A DNA stretch of 64,000 bases from Acinetobacter phage Acj61. The stretch lies in the sequence record GU911519.1; one strand, written 5' to 3'. The position numbers were made by a program, and so were the translations under genes. The notes below the pieces were generated by a model. The model was not told where the DNA came from and did not search any database. It worked only from the letters and a program-made list of their open reading frames with translations. Below are positions 54,927-64,000 of the stretch, one piece after another (positions within the stretch are counted from its first letter, which is position 1; every line of letters starts with the position of its first letter).

Positions 54927-56701
54927 TGAGAATGCAATCAGATGACGTCAACTGGTTCGTTGGCGTTGTAGAAGATCGATTAGACCCGATGCAACAAGGA
55001 CGTGTACGCGTACGAGTAGTAGGCGTACATCCATTCAGTCGAATTCAAGGTGACGTCGCTGGTATTCCTGTTGAAGAATTGCCTTGGATGTCAGTTGGTT
55101 TGCCAGTCACATCGGCATCAGTTTCTGGCATCTCAGGTGCTGTTACAGGTCTTGTGAATGGCTCATCAGTTTTTGGTATCTGGCTTGACAAGTACAAGAC
55201 AAATGGACTCGTACTCTGCTCATACTCGGGTAACCAAGTCAATATTCCTAACAGCGAAGAAGGATTCTCTGACCCGTTTGGACAATATCCAAACAATGCT
55301 GGACCTGACATAAGTGGTCTAAATGCTGGTGGAGCTTATGGCGATGCATCAGGTGCGAATGGAATTCAAAATGGTAACTCGTCAACCGGTATTCTGCCAG
55401 GTGGTAAAGACGTTGCTGGCGAAGACAATAATCCTGCATTGACAATCGAAACAATGCTTCGAGGTGACGAAGGTGTCAAGAATCAAGTGTATTGGGACTC
55501 ATTAGGGTACCCGACAGTTGGTATTGGACACTTGATTGTGTACAAGAAAACTCGAGACATGAATCAAATTCTTCCAATTTTGAGTCGTCAACTTGGCAAG
55601 TCAGTTGGTTCATCAATCAACTCTGCTGATATTTCTACTTTGTTTAAGATGGACCTTCAAAAGGTTCAGTCAGAAATTCGAAAGAACGGAGTTATTGCAC
55701 CAGTCTATGCTAAGATGAATCGATCACGTCAAATGGCATTAGAGAACATGGCCTTTCAAATGGGTACTGGTGGTCTCGCTAAATTCAGACGTGTTTTAGG
55801 GTTCATGGGTGCAGGACAATATGCCGAGGCAGCAGCTGCAGCAAAACAATCTAAATGGGCTCGTCAGACACCTGGACGTGCTAACCGAATTTCACTCATC
55901 ATCAAAAATGGTAATGTTGCCTCGTATGGCGTGTTGCCTCCAAAACCAGCTGGCAAAATGATGCTTCGTTCGAATTTTAGTGAAATGCCTTTCATGGATG
56001 GATTTGACCCATATGATCCGAATGACCAAGAAGTTGTACCTGACTACACAAAGATTCCAATTCTCGACGGTATGCCTGAAGATTTAAGTGAGCCATTTGT
56101 TGAAGAAGAAACCGCTGTGCTGTTCTCAGAACCAAAGAGTTCATATCGTGGTGAGTATCCATACGTTAAAGCAACTCGATCTGAAGGTGGTCACGTAGTT
56201 GAATATGATGACACGCCTGGTCAAGAACGTCATCGTCAAATGCATCCAAGTGGTTCATACACAGAAGATGCTGCAGATGGACGAAAAACCGATAAAGCAA
56301 CAGGCGATCGATATTTCTTGACTGGTGGCTCACGACATGATTTGTGTGAAGGCGAGTACAAAGTCAACGTAGGTGGTGTAGAGACATACATCAATTTCTC
56401 TGATGCTATACAGCAAGTAGAAGGTAATCGTACTTCAAAAATTGCTGGTAATGAGACTATCGAAATTGCTGGCAATGAAATCAAAAAGATCACTGGTGAT
56501 GGCACAATCGAAGTTTCGGGCAATATTAAAATTGTTGTAGCTGGTAATGCATCTATTGACGTTTCTGGTAACACAGAATTAAAAGTTGGTGGTTCTATGA
56601 ATGCTAATGTTTCTGGTAGCTATACTATGAATGTTGGTGGAACGTACAGCGTAACATCTGGTGCTGTTACTTGGAATACTCCTCGATTTGATGTGGTGTA
56701 A
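54926..56701 (+). CDS. 5: Baseplate hub / tail lysozyme gp5
   Basis: N-terminal OB region; central T4-lysozyme-like domain (NQVYWDSLGYPTVGIGHLIV...); C-terminal beta-helix repeats (VGGVETYINF..., IEIAGNE...). Confidence 0.85.
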   Translation: MRMQSDDVNWFVGVVEDRLDPMQQGRVRVRVVGVHPFSRIQGDVAGIPVEELPWMSVGLPVTSASVSGISGAVTGLVNGSSVFGIWLDKYKTNGLVLCSYSGNQVNIPNSEEGFSDPFGQYPNNAGPDISGLNAGGAYGDASGANGIQNGNSSTGILPGGKDVAGEDNNPALTIETMLRGDEGVKNQVYWDSLGYPTVGIGHLIVYKKTRDMNQILPILSRQLGKSVGSSINSADISTLFKMDLQKVQSEIRKNGVIAPVYAKMNRSRQMALENMAFQMGTGGLAKFRRVLGFMGAGQYAEAAAAAKQSKWARQTPGRANRISLIIKNGNVASYGVLPPKPAGKMMLRSNFSEMPFMDGFDPYDPNDQEVVPDYTKIPILDGMPEDLSEPFVEEETAVLFSEPKSSYRGEYPYVKATRSEGGHVVEYDDTPGQERHRQMHPSGSYTEDAADGRKTDKATGDRYFLTGGSRHDLCEGEYKVNVGGVETYINFSDAIQQVEGNRTSKIAGNETIEIAGNEIKKITGDGTIEVSGNIKIVVAGNASIDVSGNTELKVGGSMNANVSGSYTMNVGGTYSVTSGAVTWNTPRFDVV

Positions 56702-56703
56702 TT

Positions 56704-57165
56704 ATGGCTACTATTTTACCAGAAGAATCGTTGCTTCCGGTCATTATGGAAGGTTCGAATTTCTCATTCACATTTACGAATACTCTTGAGGCAGATGAAG
56801 TTTTAGTTGATTTCAAAATCACTGAGACTGATATGCCTCAAGCTATCGCAATCAATGGACCAACGTTCAGTGGTAATTTCTCTGGACTATTTCAATTGCC
56901 TCCTGGCTCTCTCAAGTATAGATTAGGGAATGATCTACTTGAAGCTAGTTCATTTAATGATCTACCTCCAAAGGGAACTGCAGACTTGTACTCATACTCT
57001 GCTCCACGTCAAATGCTTAAGAATTTCAATATCAAAGTTGAATTGACTTACAGCAAAGGAGAGCCCGGTGCAGAGCAAGTCTTAAATATAACTAAACAGT
57101 ATACTCAACCTGTACAAGGCAATTGGGATACTTTCACAAATATGTTTTTAGCTTATGTGAGGTAG
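56704..57165 (+). CDS. gp5.1-like baseplate-associated protein
   Basis: 153 aa between gp5 and the PAAR gene. Confidence 0.45.
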   Translation: MATILPEESLLPVIMEGSNFSFTFTNTLEADEVLVDFKITETDMPQAIAINGPTFSGNFSGLFQLPPGSLKYRLGNDLLEASSFNDLPPKGTADLYSYSAPRQMLKNFNIKVELTYSKGEPGAEQVLNITKQYTQPVQGNWDTFTNMFLAYVR

Positions 57166-57167
57166 AA

Positions 57168-57443
57168 ATGGCAGCAGTAGCATATGACATGTGCATGACT
57201 ACAGGACATAGTCCTTATCCACCTACACCAATTAAAGCGACTCAAAGCAAATTCTTTGTAGGTGGCATACCAGTCATCGTTAATGGCGATGAAGCACAAT
57301 ATCATGGACACAGTCCTGTTGGAAAATGTATAGCATCTTCAACTAAGGTATTCGTGTCTGGCAAAGCAATTGTTCAGATCGGTGATTCACTGACTGATGG
57401 CGATCATGTTGCTCAAGGCAGCCCAAAACTATTCATATCTTAA
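57168..57443 (+). CDS. 5.4: PAAR-repeat spike tip protein gp5.4
   Basis: Start at ATG with a GAGGT RBS; Gly/His-rich PAAR-like repeats; 91 aa. Confidence 0.65.
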   Translation: MAAVAYDMCMTTGHSPYPPTPIKATQSKFFVGGIPVIVNGDEAQYHGHSPVGKCIASSTKVFVSGKAIVQIGDSLTDGDHVAQGSPKLFIS

Positions 57444-57452
57444 GAGGTCAAT

Positions 57453-59402
57453 ATGGCAACTGAACCACAAAAATGGACTAACGGACAATTACAACGTACC
57501 GTAAATGCTATTCCCGAAGTGTTCATCGGAGCAACATTCGAAGAAATCAAATTAGCACTGACAAACTGGCTGAGTGGCCAAGAAGAATTCAAAGACTATG
57601 ATTTCGCTGGCTCTCGAATCAACGTGTTACTTGATCTATTAGCATACAACACATTGTACATCCAACAATTCTCAAACACTGCAGTTTATGAATCATTCTT
57701 GCGTACAGCAAACATGCGTTCGTCAGTTATTCAGGCTGCACAAGACAATTCATACTTACCATCTGGCTTGACAGGTGCTAAGACAAGTCTTCAACTTCGT
57801 GTATCGAACTCGTTGAATCCAAACAACATTCGAATTCCACGTGGTACAAAATTCTTGGCGTATGCTCGAGAAACTAGTGCCGATCCATATCCATTTGTTG
57901 TAACTGAAGAAGTAACAGCAGTAAAAGATTTAGCAAATGAATATTGGCCAATCGTTCGTCTTGCTCAAGGACGTATCGTTCGTACTGAATCATTATTCAA
58001 ACGCAAAGACCCAATCATCATTCGTGATGAGAATATTGACCGAAATCAAGTTCGAGTTTTTGTTGATGGTAAAGAATGGGCTAACTGGACTCACAAGTCA
58101 ATGGTCAATGCTGGTTCAACTTCAACAATTTACTACATTCGTGAAACAGTCGATGGCTTTACAGAAATCTACTTTGGTGAAGGTGAAGCATCTATCGCTG
58201 CTGCAGGCGGTGTGTTACAAGCCAATTACATTGGTGGTTTGAAGCCAATCGAAAATAGTTCAATCGTTGTTGAATATCTACGTACTGATGGCGCTAAAGC
58301 AAATGGTGCTACAGATTTCACTTATGCTGATACTTTGCAGTACATCACAGTGAATGAAGTACTTGAGAACTATAACAATGACAAAGATTATGTTGGTGCT
58401 GATGGCGGTGGTGACCCAGAAGATATCGAACGTATTCGTGAAATGGCAGCAATCAAACGTGAAGCTCAAATGCGATGTGTAACAGCATCTGATTATGATG
58501 CATTCGTTTCTGAACGATTCGGTTCAATTGTGCAAGCAATTCAAACCTTCACAGACAATGACAAGCCTGGTTATGCATTCATTGCTATCAAACCGAAGTC
58601 TGGATTGTACTTGACTGCTGTACAACGTGAAGACATGCAAAACTACTTGAAAGAGTACAATTTAGCACCAATCACGCCTTCAGTTATTTCACCAAACTAC
58701 TTGTTCATCAAGCATGAAATTGACGTGACCTATGCGATCAATAAATTGCAAGAATCAGAACAGTGGCTCAACTCAAAAATTATCGATCAGATCGATCGCT
58801 ATTACATTGATGATGTTGAGATGTTCAACAAATCGTTTGCTAAATCGAAAATGTTGACATACGTCGATAATGCTGACCATTCGATCATTGGTTCATCAGC
58901 ACGCATCAGTTTGGTTCGTGAAATCTCTAACTTCTTTGTGACACCAGAATCAGGGATTAAATACTATAATCGAGTTAAGTCTCGTTCAATCACATCAAAC
59001 GAATTCCCATTTAGTCCTGGACTCGACAATGACTATTACAACGTCAAAATCGTTTCAACTGATGCTAACAACGAAGGCAAAGGTAAAATTCTAATTGGTC
59101 CATTCATCCCAGGTGACATCAAAGTTAAAGCGCCTTATCAGGGAAATGACTTTAATCGTGAACCATTAAATGCACAACGTGATTACTTCGAAATCGGTGA
59201 AGTGGATTATGTACGTGACTACATTTATTGGAACATTGCTGCTATTGATATGACATCTGATCGTTTCGAAGTACAGCAAATTGAATTGTCAAGTACACCT
59301 GACGATGACAACATCTTTACTCGAGATGGTTCTTTGATCGTGTTTGAGAACGACTTACGTCCACAATACACAACAATTAATTTAGAGGCAGTAACACAAT
59401 GA
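57453..59402 (+). CDS. 6: Baseplate wedge protein gp6
   Basis: 649 aa (T4 660 aa); synteny 5-6-7-8. Confidence 0.75.
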   Translation: MATEPQKWTNGQLQRTVNAIPEVFIGATFEEIKLALTNWLSGQEEFKDYDFAGSRINVLLDLLAYNTLYIQQFSNTAVYESFLRTANMRSSVIQAAQDNSYLPSGLTGAKTSLQLRVSNSLNPNNIRIPRGTKFLAYARETSADPYPFVVTEEVTAVKDLANEYWPIVRLAQGRIVRTESLFKRKDPIIIRDENIDRNQVRVFVDGKEWANWTHKSMVNAGSTSTIYYIRETVDGFTEIYFGEGEASIAAAGGVLQANYIGGLKPIENSSIVVEYLRTDGAKANGATDFTYADTLQYITVNEVLENYNNDKDYVGADGGGDPEDIERIREMAAIKREAQMRCVTASDYDAFVSERFGSIVQAIQTFTDNDKPGYAFIAIKPKSGLYLTAVQREDMQNYLKEYNLAPITPSVISPNYLFIKHEIDVTYAINKLQESEQWLNSKIIDQIDRYYIDDVEMFNKSFAKSKMLTYVDNADHSIIGSSARISLVREISNFFVTPESGIKYYNRVKSRSITSNEFPFSPGLDNDYYNVKIVSTDANNEGKGKILIGPFIPGDIKVKAPYQGNDFNREPLNAQRDYFEIGEVDYVRDYIYWNIAAIDMTSDRFEVQQIELSSTPDDDNIFTRDGSLIVFENDLRPQYTTINLEAVTQ

Positions 59403-62400
59403 CAGTAAAAGCACCGAGCATCACAAGTCTCACTATCGCAAAACTATCTGCCACAAGCGTTAGTTTGAAGTGGGACGAGGTCGGTGAAAACTTTTATTAC
59501 TTTGTTGAAGTAGCTAAGACACGTGAGCCAGGAAATATTTCTTGGCAATCACTTGGCTATACAAGTGATAACTTTTGGTTTTCATCAGATTTAGCCAAAT
59601 TGACATACTACAAATTCCGAATTGCGGTAGGTGCTGAAGGGTTTGAACAGAGTGATTGGGTAGAGACAGAAGAACTCCAAACTTTTGAGCAAAATGCTTA
59701 CACATTCGAATTGATGAACGAGTTGACTCTCAATAAGACATTCATCAATGAAAAATTCTTGAAAGGCAACAATTCATACGTTGACTTTAATCGTGACGTT
59801 ATCTGGGCTGCATTGACGAACGAACAGTTCACATACTCAGACGGATACTCACATATTTCTCAAATGTCCAACTTCATCATTAAAGAGAACGAGTACCACG
59901 AAATTCAAGGTTCGATTCAAAAAGTCTGTAAGGACTTAGAACGCATGTACTTGATGGAAGATGATGGCGTTCTCTACTTGTTTGAACGTTGGCAAGGTCT
60001 TGTTAAAGTATCAAACGACAAAGGACAGAACTGGCAAGCAGTTAAATTGCTTAATGATCGAGTTGGCTGGCCATTGTCACAAACTGTGTTCTATCAAACA
60101 TCAAGCACAAACTATGTACTTGGCTGGGATCGAATTTTCTATGGTCGAAAATCAACTGACACTCGTTGGTCATCTGATGAAGTTCGATTCAGCGCTGAGG
60201 ACATCACATTTGCTAAGAAAGGCGATACGCTAAAACTTGGTTTTGATGTGAATATTTTTGGTACATATGCACGCTTGCCGGGTGATGTGTCACAAATCGC
60301 TGAAGCTATTACAGCAAACGATGATTACATTTATGTTGTAGCACGTGACAAAGTACGTTTTGCAAAAGCTAAAAATGCTCCAATCGACACTGATCCGTTG
60401 AGTTCTACTTTTGGTGAAAAATTATTCGAAGATGAATCTCATACAATCACCGGCAACCCTAAAGTTGTCACATGGAAAATGGACTCTGTTGAAGGACGTG
60501 TGTTTGCACTCGTTATTGGCGAAATGGAACAAGCTGGTCAAGACCCTCGTAAGTTTCCAATTCTCGATTCTCTTGACAAAGGCGTCTACATCTTAGAAGA
60601 TCATGATACCGGCAAATGGACCCGTGTGTTTGGTAACACAGAAGAAGAGCGTCGTCGTATTGAGCTTGGCTATACAAACATGTCTTGCGACAACAAAGAA
60701 ATCTTCATTTCTTCAAGCAACTACAAAATTCTTGACAAAGATTTAGTACCTGACACTGAATTGCCTGCGAAATATCCTGGCGTTGTTTCAAGTGCTGTTA
60801 AGCCTTTAATCGAACAGCAATTCTTACATGACAAACATTATTTGATGATGTCATTCCGAGCTAATGGATTTGATGGCTGGGATAAATGGAAGCCTGGACG
60901 CATGCGTTATTATGCTGAACCATTTTTCTCTAAGTGCACAAACTCTGGTACTCGTTGTTGGGTAAACAATGATTGGCGAGTTGTTATGGTCTATTCAGAC
61001 GTAGAACACTCATATGCTATTGACCCAGCATCAATCAGTTCACCTGATCGTGTCATGAAAGAAGTTTGGAAAGCAGGTGACTGTACTGTCATTTCACCTA
61101 ACGTCGAATTCAAGAACTTCACTCAATACGCAAGTGGTGTAATGTTCTATCGATATTCTGGTGAGCTCATTGGTTACTACGAATTCAATTATCGAGTAAA
61201 AGATAACGTTCGTATTGTTTGGAAGCCTTCTAACGTCATGTTACGTGCTTACTTGCAAAATCAAGAGTGGCCTACTGAATGGAAGCCAGATGACGAAGGT
61301 GGATACAACAATCCTGACTTACGTCCATTCTTGACTAAAATGATTCCAGATAGCTACTTGCTTGAAGATTCAAATTTCGAGAAATTCTGTCAATATTACC
61401 TTCAATACTTGTCAGATGGCTATGGCACATCATACAATAACTTGGTGAATTTGATTCGTGACAAGTATCCTAAAGAGAAGCACTCTTGGGAGTACATGTG
61501 GTCAGAAATTTATAAGCGTAACATCTATTTGAACAAAGACAAACGTGACCTCGTATCTCGATTCTTTGAGACTCGTAAAAACGATTTCTATTCAACTAAA
61601 GGTGTTGAAGCATCATATAAATTCTTGTTTAAAGCATTGTACAACGAAGATGTTGAAATCGATATTGAGTCTAACAACGGGCTTGAATACGACATCATCG
61701 TGCAGTCTGACAACATCACAGAAGATTTAGCAGGTCGAACTATCTACACACCTACTGGTCGTTCAAACGTTACATACATCGAGCGTCACTATGCCAAAGG
61801 TAAGCTTCAATGGCGATTAACGATTCACAACTTGATGGGACGCTTCTTAGCTGGTCAAGAAATCAAGTCAGAACGAACTAATTTTGAAGGAATGATTGTT
61901 CAAGGTGTACGTGGTAAAGACATGTCATCTAACACAATCGAGTACATCAACCGTAGTCGTGCTTACTATGTGATGAAAATCAAATCTCAATTACCAACTT
62001 CGCGTTATCGTGATGACGTACTTCGATTCGTTCATCCAGTTGGATTCGGCTTCATTGGTATCACATTATTGACTATGTTCATTAATGCTGGTCTGAGCCT
62101 TAAACATGTTGAGACGATCATCAACACATACAAAAACTATCGTTGGGATTCTGGGTTGCCATCTCATTATCCAGATCGAGTTGCTGTTATTGGTCCAAAT
62201 GGCAAGATCGAACATGACATCACAACAGGTGAGCCGATTTATTCTCCTACAGGTCGTGAAGATGAAGAATTCCCACTTCGTCCTGACTACATGAGCATAA
62301 ATAATACTACATACTATGGGCTAGATGCTGATCAACGACGTAGACCTATGAGTCCACTATTTGATCAAAGTGCTGTTACTTTCTCTAAGTTCAGAGCTTT

Positions 62401-62479
62401 GGTTGATTTACGACTTAAGTCAAACATCGGAAATCCACGTGACCCAGAACATCCAACACAGGTAAAAGTAGATGAATGA
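59399..62479 (+). CDS. 7: Baseplate wedge protein gp7
   Basis: 1026 aa (T4 1032 aa); synteny. Confidence 0.75.
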   Translation: MTVKAPSITSLTIAKLSATSVSLKWDEVGENFYYFVEVAKTREPGNISWQSLGYTSDNFWFSSDLAKLTYYKFRIAVGAEGFEQSDWVETEELQTFEQNAYTFELMNELTLNKTFINEKFLKGNNSYVDFNRDVIWAALTNEQFTYSDGYSHISQMSNFIIKENEYHEIQGSIQKVCKDLERMYLMEDDGVLYLFERWQGLVKVSNDKGQNWQAVKLLNDRVGWPLSQTVFYQTSSTNYVLGWDRIFYGRKSTDTRWSSDEVRFSAEDITFAKKGDTLKLGFDVNIFGTYARLPGDVSQIAEAITANDDYIYVVARDKVRFAKAKNAPIDTDPLSSTFGEKLFEDESHTITGNPKVVTWKMDSVEGRVFALVIGEMEQAGQDPRKFPILDSLDKGVYILEDHDTGKWTRVFGNTEEERRRIELGYTNMSCDNKEIFISSSNYKILDKDLVPDTELPAKYPGVVSSAVKPLIEQQFLHDKHYLMMSFRANGFDGWDKWKPGRMRYYAEPFFSKCTNSGTRCWVNNDWRVVMVYSDVEHSYAIDPASISSPDRVMKEVWKAGDCTVISPNVEFKNFTQYASGVMFYRYSGELIGYYEFNYRVKDNVRIVWKPSNVMLRAYLQNQEWPTEWKPDDEGGYNNPDLRPFLTKMIPDSYLLEDSNFEKFCQYYLQYLSDGYGTSYNNLVNLIRDKYPKEKHSWEYMWSEIYKRNIYLNKDKRDLVSRFFETRKNDFYSTKGVEASYKFLFKALYNEDVEIDIESNNGLEYDIIVQSDNITEDLAGRTIYTPTGRSNVTYIERHYAKGKLQWRLTIHNLMGRFLAGQEIKSERTNFEGMIVQGVRGKDMSSNTIEYINRSRAYYVMKIKSQLPTSRYRDDVLRFVHPVGFGFIGITLLTMFINAGLSLKHVETIINTYKNYRWDSGLPSHYPDRVAVIGPNGKIEHDITTGEPIYSPTGREDEEFPLRPDYMSINNTTYYGLDADQRRRPMSPLFDQSAVTFSKFRALVDLRLKSNIGNPRDPEHPTQVKVDE

Positions 62480-63476
62480 TTCAAGCGTAGTTTATCGTGC
62501 CATTATCACCTCAAAATTTCGTACTGAAAAGATGCTAAATTTTTATCAGACGATCGGTAATGGTGCTGACAAAAATTCAATTTACTTGTCATTTGGACGA
62601 GATACACCTTGGGCCTCAAACGAGAACGATCCTGGATTTGCACCGCCTTATCCAGTCGATAATACTCGAGGCGTTGAAGATGTATGGACTAATATGCTTG
62701 GAGCAGTGAAAGTTAATCAATCACTGCTCGATGCAGTTATTCCTCGTAAAGATTGGGGTGACGTTCGTTACTCCAATTCTCGTACATTCCAAATCGGCGA
62801 GATTATTGTCACAAACACTGCACCGTACAACCGAGTTACAGGTGCTGAAGGATGGCTCGTGTATCGGGTTGTCGATGTTCCAAGTCTCGGTGTATGTTCG
62901 ATTGGTTCAATTACCGACAAAGGTGAATGTATCAAGCTCGGTGGAAAATGGACTACTTCCGTTGAGTCTCGTTTTGCTCCAAGTGGACGTGGTGACACAG
63001 AAGGAATGGTAGACACTGGTGATGGCTATCTATGGGAATACTTGTATGAGATTCCACCTGACGTTTCAATCAACCGCTGTACAAATGAACACATCGTTGT
63101 GCCATGGCCTGATGAACTCGGTAGTGACCCTGCTCGTTGGGGTTATCAGCACAATTTATCATGGCAACAAAATGATTTTGGATTGATTTTCCGAATCAAA
63201 GCAGTTTCAATGCGATTTAAAGCATTCTTTGACTCAGTACATTTCCCTAACGCATCTGTGCTTGGTAACAAAGGCTTCCGTCAATTATCTATGATTGTCA
63301 ATCCATTTGAAGCAAAAGCAAAACCTACTGACCCTAACGTGAAAGCAGAAAAAGAAAATTATTCTGCAAATCAATTGTTCCGTCATTCAGGTGAAATGGT
63401 CTACATTGAGAATCGACAACCAATCGTTCGCTCTATGGACCAGACAGAAGAAATAAACATTATTTTTGAATTCTAA
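62472..63476 (+). CDS. 8: Baseplate wedge protein gp8
   Basis: 334 aa, identical in length to T4 gp8; synteny. Confidence 0.75.
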   Translation: MNDSSVVYRAIITSKFRTEKMLNFYQTIGNGADKNSIYLSFGRDTPWASNENDPGFAPPYPVDNTRGVEDVWTNMLGAVKVNQSLLDAVIPRKDWGDVRYSNSRTFQIGEIIVTNTAPYNRVTGAEGWLVYRVVDVPSLGVCSIGSITDKGECIKLGGKWTTSVESRFAPSGRGDTEGMVDTGDGYLWEYLYEIPPDVSINRCTNEHIVVPWPDELGSDPARWGYQHNLSWQQNDFGLIFRIKAVSMRFKAFFDSVHFPNASVLGNKGFRQLSMIVNPFEAKAKPTDPNVKAEKENYSANQLFRHSGEMVYIENRQPIVRSMDQTEEINIIFEF

Positions 63477-63506
63477 GTTATTGATTTATAAAGGATTTTT
63501 ATTAGA

Positions 63507-63650
63507 ATGTATAATTTTACTTACTTAACTACTAATTTGATTAATGGCAAGATGTATTATGGCGTGCATTCTACTAAAAACATTAATGACGGGTATATAG
63601 GGTCTGGAAAGGCCCTTAAACTAGCAATACAAATCATGCAAAGGTTTTGA
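63507..63650 (+). pseudogene. Truncated GIY-YIG homing-endonuclease remnant (47 codons) between gp8 and gp9
   Basis: MYNFTYLTTNLINGKMYYGVHSTKNINDGYIGSGKALK... is the GIY-YIG N-terminus only, then a stop; followed by the terminator hairpin. Confidence 0.6.
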
Positions 63651-63668
63651 ATGGCATTACATATAAAG

Positions 63669-63700
63669 GAAAAGGAGCCCAGTGCTCCTTTTCGTTTTTG
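63669..63700 (+). terminator. Rho-independent terminator
   Basis: GGAGCCCAGTGCTCC hairpin followed by TTTTCGTTTTTG. Confidence 0.6.
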
Positions 63701-63701
63701 T

Positions 63702-63709
63702 ATAAATAA
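63702..63709 (+). promoter_or_regulatory. Late promoter TATAAATA upstream of gp9
   Basis: Exact octamer 21 nt upstream of the gp9 ATG. Confidence 0.5.
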
Positions 63710-63729
63710 TAAAATTAAGAGGATTTCCT

Positions 63730-64000
63730 ATGATCAATCAAGAAGTAAAGCAATACATTGACGTTGGTGAAATCGGTAACGCATCTACTGGCGACATCTT
63801 ATATGATGGTGGTGTCAAAATCAACCACAACTTCGACAGTGTCTACAATGCTTTCGGTGATCAACGCTTAGGTTCTGTAGGACACGGCGAAGGACATCAA
63901 ACCATCCATGCTACCGGCTACTACCAAAAAGTTACTCAACATGATTTTCGTACTCCAATTGGCTTAGGTACAATGTGGGATGTCGATACGACAACTGGCG
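63730..64000 (+). CDS. 9: Baseplate wedge / tail-fibre socket protein gp9 (N-terminal part; continues beyond the window)
   Basis: MINQEVKQYIDVGEIGNASTGDILYDGGVKINHNFDSVYNAFGDQR...IHATGYYQK is near-identical to the T4 gp9 N-terminus. Confidence 0.85.
   Translation, partial: MINQEVKQYIDVGEIGNASTGDILYDGGVKINHNFDSVYNAFGDQRLGSVGHGEGHQTIHATGYYQKVTQHDFRTPIGLGTMWDVDTTTG

Noticed and set aside
55045-56574. Minus-strand ORFs inside gp5 (55045-55311, 55248-55454, 56236-56574)
   Set aside because: They are antisense to the gp5 lysozyme and beta-helix coding sequence, whose repetitive region generates long spurious frames.
1-64000. CRISPR arrays, integrases, transposases
   Set aside because: No direct-repeat/spacer arrays and no integrase or transposase motifs were found. 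The repeats present are promoter/terminator cassettes and tRNAs.

Overview
This window reads as a T4-like (Tevenvirinae-type) myophage genome segment, AT-rich with Acinetobacter-phage-like codon usage. From 1 to about 54.3 kb nearly all genes are on the minus strand, and from about 54.3 kb a plus-strand late baseplate operon begins.

Recognisable T4 orthologs on the minus strand are NadV (partial), Prs, gp41 helicase, gp42 dCMP hydroxymethylase, DNA polymerase gp43, RegA, gp62, gp44, gp45, gp46, gp47, gp55, endonuclease VII (gp49), NrdC-type glutaredoxins, gp57A, gp1 dNMP kinase, gp3, gp2 and gp4. Between gp57 and the accessory genes lies an array of about 15 tRNA genes plus tRNA-like small RNAs. 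On the plus strand are gp53, gp5, gp5.1-like, gp5.4 PAAR, gp6, gp7, gp8 and the start of gp9.

The main observations are:
- a putative hmC-DNA sugar hypermodification module next to gp42: SIS isomerase, anomeric-kinase/nucleotidyltransferase fusion, HAD phosphatase, a P-loop kinase and two paralogous GT-B glycosyltransferases, i.e. an NDP-pentose pathway;
- DNA polymerase gp43 encoded as two separate ORFs, split by a roughly 4-kb island of about 11 small ORFs;
- a large tRNA array in which at least two tRNAs lack an encoded CCA, with candidate small RNAs;
- PeSL-like early promoter/stem-loop cassettes carrying a conserved inverted repeat around the -10;
- three GIY-YIG homing endonuclease genes, one of them a truncated remnant;
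- a small gene disrupted by a 30-nt segment with amber stops in all three frames;
- a NadV/Prs NAD-salvage module.

All functional calls come from motif and synteny recognition by eye. No database search was run.
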